NCBI GenBank assembly: GCA_002269645.1
Contig: NIVC01001978.1
Location: 124,001 to 188,000 of the forward strand
Direction of reading: 5' to 3'
Length of the DNA: 64,000 bases
Origin: Macrostomum lignano
Taxonomy: Eukaryota
Shown here: in pieces, positions 53,237-64,000 of the stretch
Layout: the number at the start of each line of letters is the position of its first letter
Numbering within the stretch: position 1 is the first letter of the stretch
Notes under the pieces: model-generated
Database searches by the model: none
What the model was told of the DNA's origin: nothing
What the model saw: only the letters and a program-made list of their open reading frames with translations
Translations under genes and position numbers: made by a program

Positions 53237-54596
53237 GCCTACCTGCCTGCCTTTCAACCTACCGATTCATAAGTCTCTTTACTATCAGTATTCTAACTAA
53301 CTATTTTACTGATCGACGATCCAGTCTATCCCACTTTTCTCTTCAATCTACTCGACTCTCCCCAATTTACTCCACTCTACTCCATTCTCCCCCACTCTAC
53401 CCCACTCTCCCTCAATCTACCCACTCTCCCCCAATCTATCCCACTCTCCCCCAATCTACTCCACTCTCCCCCAATCTATCCCACTCTCCCCCAATCTACT
53501 CCACTCTCCCCCAATCTACTCCACTCTACTCCACTCTCCCCCACTCTACCCTACTCTCTTCTAATCTACCCACTCTCCCCCACCCCAATCTATCCCACTC
53601 TCCCCCAATCTACTCCACTCTCTCCCAATCTATCCCACTCTCCCCTAATCTACTTCACTCTCCCCACTCTGCTCGACTCTCCCCCAATCTAGCCCAGAAT
53701 AACAATCTCAGGTCTCACCTCTCGGCAGCCAGAGTGCGAAACAGCATGAGCCTGGCAGCTTTGCTAGCGCAATAGACAGCCATAGATTTGAAGGGTTGCA
53801 CAGCGCACAGCGAACTAACATTGACTATCCACCATTGATTCACAATTGACAGCTTAAGACAGTAGGCGTTTAACAGCAGTACAGAAGTGATATTCACACT
53901 CCAATGCTCGTCCAATACCGCTTTATCAGTCAGGCAGTCGGATTTCTGGCCATAGATTCCCAGAGTGCCGGCATTGTGCACCAGCAGGCCAAATGGGGGT
54001 GCGTCTAGAAGTTTTGAACAAAAGTACATGAGGTACTTACTATGTACTTTATATAGCCGCTCAATTGTGCTATTTCCGAAGCTTGTTCCAGTTAAAGATT
54101 TCACCATTATGGCACTGAATAAGACTGAGGCCATGGAAGATGTGATCTCCCCTTTGTGCATCATGGGGTCACTAGAGAATGACCCCCTCTTGGTACATCA
54201 TGGGGTCACTGAATATTGACTCAATTAGTTCGTTTCGGGAAAAAGAAGTAATTGAAAAGAAAAATCCAATCAATGAAACTTACAAGTTCCCAACAGTGGA
54301 CTCTTAGTGGCTTCTTGCAGAGCAGACTCTATTGCATCAGCATTAGCCTGGCCTAAATCCAAACTTACAGTTCGAGTTTCAATTTCATCAGAGGCGTTGC
54401 GCAGTTCAGCAATAGCAGCAGCAACCAAGTCCAAGGCTTCGCTATTTCGGCCAATCAGGATGAAACGAGATCCTGGAGCGGCATCCTCTGCTAGGGCCAG
54501 GGTTAGGGTGCGGCCGAAGCCGCGACCTGCACCAGTGATAATGTATAAACCTGGTTGGCTGGTCATTGGCAGTGGCTGTGGCTTGATCTGAGCCAT
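52671..54596 (-). CDS. SPR: Sepiapterin reductase (SDR family), 3 exons
   Basis: Exons 54596-54284, 54004-53719, 52959-52671, GT-AG and phase-compatible. Motifs are IITGAGRGFG, LVHNAGTLG, VNVSSLCAVQPF, catalytic YCASK, LSYGPGPLDTDMQ and C-terminal VDVYD. Confidence 0.93.
52982..53690. repeat. (GTCT)n microsatellite plus CTCTCCCCCAATCTACTCCA-type repeat in SPR intron 2
   Basis: GTCT run at 52982-53250 and ~20-bp C-rich units at 53330-53690. Confidence 0.92.
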
Positions 54597-56676
54597 GTTT
54601 TAAAGATTATTTAGCATGCAAAATGAAGGGTGTAAATTGTGTTATCTAAATTATCTAAAATATTTTCTAACAAATAGAGACATATGGAAATAAAAACATA
54701 CATATTTGGCATATGGATAAAAAAATAAATTGAAATTTAGAATATTATTAATGAGACTGAAATTTTTCAGATTTTCACATTGAGTATTATACTTTCTTTT
54801 ATTTCACAAATAATTTATTCATTTATATATTTATAATTCATTTATATTTCATTTTATTATTGCATTTTATTACATATATATATTACATTTACATTTATAT
54901 ATTACATTTATATTACATTTTATATATTACATTTATAATTCATTTATATAAATTACTATTTGACAAAAATAAAGCATTAACTTAAAATGGAGAATTGTTA
55001 GTAATAAATACATTCATATATTACGACTAATCCGACGTGACAGTCTAGTTTAATAATATATGGGAAAAATTATTTCGAAAAGGACAAGTATGTTCTCTTT
55101 TAGTAAATTTGAAAGCATTTTAACTTTTGGGTTTTAAACTGAAGTGTTATTATCCTAATTTGTTTAGTTTAGCAATATTTTACAGGTTAGGTATATTCAT
55201 AAAATATCAATAACAAAATTAACAAAAAATAGAAAATAGTAGCTAAGGCATACATGTAAGGTATGTTAGTGGACGACTGGTATGTGGTATGATTTTTTAA
55301 TTATAAGCGTAGACGAAGTAAAGTCACTTTTAGTAGACGAAGCAGTACGAAAAAATAGTTCATTTGCTTCAACCACCAAATAACATATATAACAGTAATT
55401 CGTAAAAAACAATTTCAAATCATAGAATATAAAATTTTGTTGGTATTAACAGCAGCAGAGTCAACAATAATTAGCCTGCTTTTGCCCACTTTCGAAGAAA
55501 AACATCAGATTAGAATTATTTTCCAAATCATTATCATAAAAACGGTTTTGTGATTTCATACAGCAATCAATTTACAGATATTTAATTTGTCTCCTTACTG
55601 CATTTAAGGTCTATTCTTTTGTTATTAAAATAATTTTTAAAACCAACTTTGTTATATCGGTAAGCTAATCCGGCAGTGTTTAAAAATCACTGATGAGAAT
55701 GAAAGATAAGTCTATTCAATGACCACTGCATATAGCTGTATGTAGTTTTACAACGGTCCTTGAGTATATTCTCACATGCATAAAATACTATTGCTATCCA
55801 TGAACGTTTTGGGTACTTAAGAGTTGAAAATTGTTTAACGGCCGTGGCGGTATACTAGCTACTCGCCACGGCCTTGTGTCCACTTGGTGTATTGCTTTGT
55901 TTTTTTAAGTTAATGTTTAAAAAATTAGATAAGAAAAAACCATATTATTCACATCCATCTCTTTGCCTCTTCACTATATATTCCAGTTTTTTTATGAATC
56001 AAGTGAAAATTATCACCAGACTGCAGAAGACTGCAATAGAGGGCAATAAAAGCTCGACTTTCTTATGCATATACGAACGCGAATCTATACACCACCTCGA
56101 CCATAAATTTATGCTCATGTATACATGTAGTTATATTGATGAGGACGCACTTTTTTCCAAATTTCACGCTCGCACGGGTTCCAAACTTGCTAGCCTACTA
56201 ACAGCAGGCTATGGGCGTTTTTCTCCCTCTTTTGTAATTTTTCTAGAATTCATACTAGTAGGACTTCTGTAGCTATATTAATCTGCCAGCAAATCTGCCA
56301 GGTCTGACAGCAACCTGCGCCTCACTCAGTGCGGAGGCTGCATGGCGCTAGATAGTCTGAAAGGATGCGGGCGGTACGCAGCTTTTTTCTCATCATTTTG
56401 ACAGGCCATCAAGATTTATGAGGTCAGGGCCTATTGTTCGTGTTCACTCAAGCGTGTGACAGCTTTGACAGCTATGCGTTTTACCCCTAAAAGTACGTTG
56501 GGATTGGCGATTAGCGATTTCTCTTCATTATCTTCGCTTTCTACTTAATAAGAGCTTTCTAATGTATATTTTTTCATTGATTTTTGTCACTTCTACGCGA
56601 AAAGGCATAAATCATTTTGTTGCGATTTTGATTGATTTATGGCCGCACCTGTCATATTTTTACGACCCCGAGGGAA

Positions 56677-57312
56677 CTGATAGGATCTGCCGGTCACGTG
56701 ACTTTGGGTGGCAACAAGCTCAGCCAAGCAGGAAATTCGACGCTCATTCTAACAAATCGGCTCAGCCAATCAGAATCGACGTGTTCCATTATAACAAACT
56801 GCGGTCCAGTTGGCGGCTATTTAAACCGGTGTTTTTGGCCCGCTCGGACTAACCCTTTCTGGAGACCGGCCAACAGGAACTTGCTCTCTCTCTGGACCGA
56901 CCGTCGTTTCTTGATCCCCGGATTGCGACTCCCCCCATCATCGTCAAGGACGAATTCCCCCGGTCATCAGCAGTGAACATCAAAGTTAAGAGCATCACCT
57001 GCTAGCTATCTGCAAAGGTTATGACATCAGCATCATCCCGGGTCTACAACTGCAAAGCACTAAGCCGATTCGGTCACTGTGGATTACCTGGTTTCCGGCT
57101 GTTGAGCTTCTGATTGGTTGGGTGAGAGGCTGCCTAGACTTGCTTGATTGGGGGATTCCTTACCTGTCCCCTGTTTCAGTAGCTGGATTAGGCGCACACT
57201 TTTGCTCATTTTGTTCAGTAGTGCTGTTACTGAGGCGGAAACCATTCAATAATACTGCTAAAACTCCAATTCCGAGTCCGAGTCCGAGTCTCCAAGTCCG
57301 AAACACCAATTC
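56677..57312 (+). mobile_element. LTR-like segment (tentative)
   Basis: Starts TG. Contains CACGTG, CCAAT (CAGCCAATCAG) and a TATTTAAA box followed by a pyrimidine-rich leader, and lies upstream of a decayed Gypsy pol. No second LTR, PBS or TSD found. Confidence 0.3.
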
Positions 57313-57686
57313 AATCTGAAGTGTGAAGTGATTCAGTGAGAAGGTTAAATCTGACAGTTATTGTTATCGGTTTTATTTCTTTGTTCGCCGATGGCTCAGA
57401 TGAGTAGTTAGTAGGCGCCGGTCACAGTGGACCAATGGCAAGGCAGTTCTCAGTCGACCAATCTATCAAATCAGTGAGCAAAACTGCCAGAAGTGCAGAA
57501 TCGGCGCCAGAGATGTACTTTGTGCACTCTAGGTTTGCCAAGCGGCTCGGGTAATGAATCATGCGGTCTCTGAAGTTCGAGTTAGTCTATCATCAGCGCT
57601 ATGAGAGGCTAGTTGGCGCGTTGAAGGCCAAAAGTACAATTCTTCGTATTTAGCAATGTAATAGTACATGTATAGCTACCCCATAG

Positions 57687-58406
57687 TCTCGCCACTGCAA
57701 GAATCCCCTGCACAAGTCCCCTCTGTACCTGCATGGCCAATGCGATCGAGTCCCAGCAGTGTCCCTTAACATCGGCTATGACTTCGAGATTGACAGCAAA
57801 AAGAAACGTGTAGTTGGCAGGTAAGTGCAAAGCCCCTTCTAGTCGGAAGCCCGATTTCGAGAGTCCTGGTGAGCCAGGACGTACGGGCTGGTGGCAGCGA
57901 GTTAGCTAATCTGCGGATTAACTAATTTCTACCTTCAAAATTCTCCCTGCTTGTCTCTCGCTGTCCCTCTCTTAGCTATAGGACCTAGACTGCTCGCCAC
58001 ACGATCAAGCTACCATGTGGCTGACCATCTGACAGGAGTGGGGGACCAGGACTCTAATTGATTTATTTCTGAGACCTGAGGCCCGAAGGCTTCCCCACGA
58101 GGGGGCTGAAAGGCCGAAACCCATCAATATCCCCAATTTTTTTCTAAAAATTGTTAAAAATTTAGATTTCGGAAGGGTAAGGAGTTTGAAACAATGCACC
58201 AAAAACAGATACATCCGTTCAAAAACCCGCCACCAGCTGTACCAGACGGTAGGAGGCTTCCAGACGCTGACGTCAATCAGAAGATCGCGGCAAGTGTGGC
58301 GGGCTACGCGCAGAAAAAGGTTAAGAAAAAAGCAAAACGGAAGTTTATGAAAAAGGGGGCTAAATTCACTGGAAAGGTTGTAACGGATATTCTTGACTTT
58401 GATTAA
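57687..58406 (+). CDS. Candidate small basic protein (Lys-rich C-terminus, PFK.PPP motif); 5' end unresolved
   Basis: ORF 58194-58406 (70 aa) is open back to an acceptor at 58165. A strong donor CAG|GTAAGT at 57820/57821 splices in frame (exon 57687-57820). No start or signal exon is established. Confidence 0.4.
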
Positions 58407-58659
58407 TAGGTTAGTACGCTCGTAATGAGCGATAAAAAAACAACTTCAGCAGGTACACGATCAGTGTGAGAAGCTAAAAAATTGGTTTTGTATGTAAATG
58501 TGTTTGTTTTTAACAAATGAAATATACGAGCGTACATGTATGTAGCCACAAAGCGCGTCTTATCTAAGTAATGATGAAAGATGTAAAATAATGTTACTAT
58601 ATTCCTTAAATACATGAACATGTATACATACATAAGTTCTTTTTCTAATTCCATACCTC

Positions 58660-59915
58660 TAGGAACAACAACTCACTGATTTTTATGGGAATACAACTAC
58701 GAAGATAGCAGCTCATTGGCCTCTAACATTTGTTGTTGCTCCTCTGTGCACATATGTACCTCCGAGGTGGCTTCCCGACTGAGCAGAACAGGCTACAGAG
58801 AATGTTACTTTGTCGCAAGAAAATCACTGCCATCACTCTGCCGATGCTGCGTTATTTGGCGAAACTTGATTAAAGCATCCTTCTCATTGTTGGTAATCCA
58901 ATGACGGTTCTGTTGTTTCTAGTCTGAGGCCAGGGCCATAGAAGTACATGTACTCCCAAATTTCTTCACCTGTGAGGATGCTATCTACTCAGGCAAGTGG
59001 CAAGCATCAACTGGATGAACTCAACTCGGACTTCTGGGCATCCCATCGTCTCAAGCCCTACATCCTGGTTAGAAAGTTCACCATCGTCATATTGATCACC
59101 AGCCGTTGATGCGTCCATTTGGCCGATCTCTGGGAATCCCGACAAATATATCGCTAAGCCATAGCATTTCGACTATTACGACATTCAGTATGCGCCGGAG
59201 AGTTAAATGATTCTGATGCGCCATCACACGGGTTGGTCCAAGCCATGGATTCAGGAAGCATAGAGAGTGCTAGCTCGTATCGTATCAACTTTGTAAACTT
59301 TGAATCGCCCGTAATCCCGAAAAATCGCATTGTGTAGCGGAGATCGACGCAGAACCATTCGTTCAACGCGTCATGCAAAAAGGGTTGTCTGGTTACTGCA
59401 TGGAAGTCGTGATCTCAGGCCGAGCAGTACTAATAAGCTCACCATCAAAAATGGACTTCCATTCAATGGGCCGCGAAATGCCCATTCACTTCAAACTCAC
59501 AACTCATAATGGGTACATAGCAACCTACAAGTACATGTTCGTGGCCCGGCGTACGATCTGACGTCGAGCACTATGTTGCACCGCATGCAATGTCCTCCGA
59601 CCAAGGCTTGCACGAGAGCGTGACGCACCATTTCAGAAGCTTCAAATGGATTGATCTGGCAACATCCTCATTATTGTTGTTGATGCACACTCCGGCTGGA
59701 TTGAAGCTTTTCCATGTAGAAACCGAACTTTTACTTCTGTTATCACCGCACTTCACACAGTCGTCACACGCATTGGTGCTCCAGAATTTCTCGAGTCCGA
59801 TTAAGGCCCTGAATTCATCAGCGATGAGCTGACCTCCTGGCTAAAGACATGGCACATTAGGCAGCTCGAATCCTCATTTATTATTGGCAAGCCAACGTGA
59901 CGGGCGCGGCGCAGA
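58660..59915 (+). pseudogene. Decayed Ty3/Gypsy LTR-retrotransposon pol (RNase H - integrase)
   Basis: Frameshifted fragments on the plus strand: FWASHRLKPYILVRKFTIV / DHQPL (RNase H), FDYYDIQY, THNG..T....F / WPGVRSDVEHYV (integrase H2C2), and ILIIVVDAHSGWIEAFP...IGAPEFLESD*GPEFISDEL (rve core; SDNGPEF carries a stop at 59802). Confidence 0.85.
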
Positions 59916-59923
59916 CGGGGGGT

Positions 59924-60020
59924 TTCACTAGGCCGAAACTTCACTAGGCCGAAACTTCACTAGGCCGAAACTTCACTAGGCCGAAACTTCACTAGGCCGA
60001 AACTTCACAAGGCCGAAACT
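59924..60020. repeat. 16-bp tandem repeat, probably the end of a non-autonomous DNA element interrupting the Gypsy
   Basis: GGGGGGT followed by about 6 copies of TTCACTAGGCCGAAAC, exactly where integrase homology stops. Confidence 0.75.
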
Positions 60021-61923
60021 AACATGGTAACATTAAAGTGAATCTTAGAGCCATGCATATTCTACGAATAGGAATCTAGGCAAATCTGCGTGCTTTCAAA
60101 GGAGCCACAAAAACATACAAACTTTACAACTTAAAAGTCCATCCGATTGAGACAGAAAATGGCAATGAAAATAATAAGCAATCAGAGTTCACCCCCAAAT
60201 GAAGTCAGAAATGTCGAAAAAACTGAGTGACCATATCGTGCTCCCACTTTGGTAGCAGAGTAACACTTAGGTCAAAATAAAGAAACTGGTGCAGAGAAAT
60301 CGTCACTGCTTGCGGTTCCATTTTGGAGGCTTAAGTTCACATCCTCTTTCGACCATAGTAAGGACGCTGCTAAAATGATTTTTCGGCAATGTGAAGTTTC
60401 GGCCAAGTGAAAGCGCCCCGCGCGGACGATATAACACCGCTTGGGTCCTCGATGGCGAATTGCTAGCTCGTACGCCTAGCAAGTAATCAACAAGCGCGCC
60501 CCACAGGTTGAGGATAGTGATGAACACGTCCCGGCCGCTGACGTAGTTGCGCAACCACCTTGACGTACTCACGTAGCAGCCGTGCCAGAAGCAAGTCCCC
60601 GACTCCCCACTTATAGCTTTCCTGATTCCTGAAGGCACTTCCTGAAGTACTGTCAGTTAAAGACTTAATTCCCTGTGTATTATATCAGCCCCCTGCCCTT
60701 TGACGAGTTCTTATTAGTGCCCTTTGAAACATCTCAAATTTTATTTCCAAAGACTTGTTATCGAAGGGGCATGTTGTAGACTACGATCTGCTCTATAACT
60801 TCGATGGCACAGTTTGTTACAGCTGTTACAGCTCGTTGGGGCTTTCATGTTAAACTTTAAGCCTCTCTTAACTCAGCGACTACTCAAACATCATGTTAGG
60901 TCAAGTACTCAAACTCCGTCAAGTTTTTTTTTGATTAAAATAGAATGCATGCTGGGCAATGTCATGCCACGATCAAATTCACATTTCCTAAATTTCAGCT
61001 CTCTGAGTTAGCCGTTACAACAACAGTAGAACCTTTAATAACAATGTATTTGAATTTGTACTCGGAAAAGTTTACAACGTTAACAAACGTATCCAATCGC
61101 TTTAAGTTATTTTTAATTAAAAAATTTACTTTATTTGTACAAAGAAAAGTTGCACAACAACAGTATAGTTTCAGCAAGTGTTTCTACATTAGGAAGGTAT
61201 ACTATAAAAGGTACTGAATTCTGATAAACAAAGTGAATGACGGTTAAACTCTAGTGAACTACAAGCTAACATAAACTATTTTTATGATAAAATACTTGGG
61301 CCGCTTAGACACTTGTGTTTAGTAAAATACAATTAGGTTCAGTCATAATGTTCATTGTAAGCCAAGGCAACTGAAATGTACATTGACGTGTACATTAAAA
61401 TGTACATGTACATAAAAATTAGACCTGGGCCTAAGGGTTTAGCTACGGATGGCCTGCAAGGGATGGGACAGAGAAGCAATAAATGAGCCTTTAAGGAATG
61501 CAATTACAATGCTTTTACTTGTATTTCAACTTCTACTGAACTGAAAGTAGCTTGTATGCTATAATGCGCTGAGTGAATTCACCATCTAGTTGTTACAGTT
61601 TGAAACTTGTATAGTTTTTATAGGCAAGCAGAGCAGATTCTGCTTTTATATCCTACGTACATGTCTCATACCTAAAAATCATAAAAGATTCATGTTTAAA
61701 GCTCGACTCATTGGTTTTATAAATCTATTTTCTCATTCTGTTACACTTTATTGCTACACACTCAGCTATAAGAGTTTTAATTTTCTAACTTTTCTAAGAA
61801 TCTAAATTTTCCAAGAAACGTTTAGTTTCGGACGCTTCTATACCTGAGTAGTCCCCTCATTATACAGATTTCCCAAGTTCAGAAACAAGATTCCATCTCT
61901 TCTTACCGCTACTGCATCCTTCG

Positions 61924-61938
61924 GTTGCTATGGGCAAC
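61924..61938. promoter_or_regulatory. Candidate RFX X-box
   Basis: GTTGCT-ATG-GGCAAC, a near-palindrome matching the X-box consensus, about 390 bp upstream of the ATG at 62327. Confidence 0.4.
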
Positions 61939-62326
61939 GAAATAAGATTTGTAATCACAACCAGTAGACACAGGAATGCCAAGCATTTACTCAAGTAAGA
62001 CATTTTGCTGGCTGCGACAAAATAAAATTAATAATGACCAACGAAATCTGGCATGCGACTACATGTAGGGTTTAGGTAATTCCGACTCTCAGTTGGCGTC
62101 TAGGCCATAGACATCTGCGTAAAGTACATGTAAGTCAACTTGAAGAAATATTGCACTTTCGCCAGATCTTAGTCAATTATTTGACTTTATATCTTTGCAA
62201 TCGTCCATGGCCAAAATAAACCTAATAAACATAAGCTTTGAGCTAATTTCTAATTCGAGTAGATGATTGCTACCTCTACATCATTTTAGTAAGAGTAAAA
62301 AAAGCATAAAAATATTAATTTCGAAA

Positions 62327-62740
62327 ATGTCGAGCAGTCAACTTTTCACCAGTCTGTGCTTGCTGGTAACGGCTCTGATGTTAGCTAATGAAGTTCAAGG
62401 ATGCCCTAGGCCTATTTTAAGAAGAGGTAAATATCCTAATTTGTGTTCTAGTTGACATGGGCTCTACGTACGATGTAGGAATAATAGGACAGATAGACAC
62501 GGCGGAATAGAGCAGTTCGTCACATCGGAGCCTCTCCTTTCTTCCGCAGTGAAGAACATAAGAAATCCGTTTAAATCGCCGCCACCTCCTCCAAGAAAGA
62601 AGCTGGACATCAGCTGGCCCGTGAACCGGCCTGTCAAGTCAAAAATGGCCTCAATGAAGTCCATCAATAAGGATTTGAAGAAAATGAAAAAAGCACGGGA
62701 AGCGGCTTATTTTAAAAGAAAGCAGGCCGGCAAGCTATGA
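62327..62740 (+). CDS. Small secreted cationic Pro/Lys-rich peptide, 96 aa, 2 exons
   Basis: Exon 1 (62327-62426) encodes a signal-peptide-like MSSSQLFTSLCLLVTALMLANEVQG/CPRPILRR. The intron 62427-62549 (GTAAAT...CCTCTCCTTTCTTCCGCAG) is phase 1 and joins in frame to exon 2 (62550-62740). AATAAA at 62941. Confidence 0.75.
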
Positions 62741-63319
62741 AGCGAAAAAGTTTACTGCATTGGACAACAAGCTCATGTGGTGTCAAAGAGCTCTACTTTT
62801 TACTGATCATCGTTTTTGATCAGTCAATGTGAGTTCTTTATTGACTACTAGCACGCTGTTTATTTTTTTGAAGGAGTACGAGTATAGCTTTTTTGTACAT
62901 TTTTTTCAGTCACCCTTTTTAACGAGAGTAGCGAAACTTTAATAAATAAAATTGCAAGTTGCAAATAGCTTTTTGCCATAATGAAGCATGTATCCATCTA
63001 CGAGTTGCATGTACTCGTACTGAATGCCTAACATGTACAATATTGTCTGCAACGCTCTAGTCGTGTACTCTATAGCTTGTATACAAGCGTAAAGTAATGC
63101 ATCCAACAAATATTCGAAAACGCGTTTTGACATTGATTTTAGCGAAAGAGCTCAAAGTAATAGTGATGCAGTAGTGTAAACATCACTCATAAATTGTAGG
63201 TATCGTAAGGTTTAATTTGAATACGTATTTGCCCCTGTGTTCTTCGATCTTGGTCGTGCCGGGATTCTTCGAACTGGGACCTAGGTGCGCTGTCGTCCAC
63301 TCTGCTGGACATGGATGGG

Positions 63320-64000
63320 GGTCCACCCCAACTGCCAGCCGGAAAACTGCCAGCCGACAACTGCCAGCCGACAACTGCCAGCCGACAATTGCCAGCCGAG
63401 AAAACTGCCAGCCGGAAAACTGCCAGCCGACAACTGCCAGTCGACAATTGCCAGTCGACAATTGCCAGCCGAGAAAACTGCCAGCCGGAAAACTGCCAGC
63501 CGACAACTGCCAGTCGACAACTGCCAGCGGACAAGTTCTAGATAATTGAATCTACTGTAGCCTACTTATTAGCTAAGTAAAAAGCACAAAACTGTTTGGC
63601 TAGCAAAAGGCTTGTGGGGTAGCCTTAAATGTCGCCCTTCTCTTCCCTAAATTTTTCAGATTTCCATTAGAAGTATATATGTGAAGGAGAAGGCATTTTG
63701 TAATGCCTATTGTAAATATTTCTGTATTGAAAGTTTATATTTACTTTATTATTTAATTTGCGATTGCGATTGCTATATGACGCAATCCTAGATAAGTATA
63801 TTAAATTACTTTACTTAAATAAAGCTTTCAAAGAAAGAACAAAGGCTACCTAAAATACAAAATTTGAATGCTTTCTCCTTCAACTGTTGTCGGCTGGCAG
63901 ATTTCTCGGCTGGCAGTTGTCGGCTGGCAGTTTTCCGGCTGGCAGTTTTCTCGGCTGGCAATTGTCGACTGGCAGTTGTCGGCTGGCAGTTTTCCGGCTG
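63320..64000. mobile_element. Foldback/MITE-like element with inverted arrays of 15-16-bp subrepeats (right end beyond the window)
   Basis: The left arm 63330-63530 is (AACTGCCAGCCG(A/G)(C/A)A)n. The right arm 63884-64000 is its reverse complement (GTTGTCGGCTGGCAG)n. An AT-rich ~350-bp spacer separates them. Confidence 0.8.

Noticed and set aside
59154-59756. Minus-strand ORFs suggesting a transposase
   Set aside because: The coding signal is on the plus strand (Gypsy RNase H/integrase).

Overview
Eukaryotic (metazoan invertebrate) genomic DNA, rich in introns, microsatellites and minisatellites. The overall style suggests a free-living flatworm such as Macrostomum, but this is an unverified inference. 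No bacterial features, CRISPR arrays or rRNA were seen, and most ORFs in the supplied track are artefacts of tandem repeats. From left to right the window holds: (1) the end of a Polinton/Maverick, with a protein-primed PolB (minus strand, two 1-nt frameshifts near the window edge) and a repeat-rich arm ending in AGTAGTAG at 3724; (2) an 8-exon PINCH/LIMS gene (minus, 4986-20401) with an unexpected extra N-terminal LIM-like module and two tRNA-derived SINEs in its last intron; (3) a 5-exon claudin/PMP22-superfamily (TMEM47/VAB-9-like) gene (minus); (4) two head-to-tail non-autonomous Helitrons (27355-33314); (5) a 3-exon C2H2 zinc-finger/poly-Q gene (plus); (6) a nicotinic acetylcholine receptor alpha-type gene (plus) with a degenerate aromatic ligand box; (7) a sepiapterin reductase gene (minus); (8) a decayed Ty3/Gypsy pol; (9) a previously unrecognisable 2-exon gene for a small secreted, very basic, Pro/Lys-rich peptide, plus a possible relative 4 kb upstream; (10) a foldback-like element at the right edge. 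Most of the larger introns are filled by their own minisatellite. All gene models were hand-spliced from GT-AG signals and reading-frame continuity and lack transcript support.
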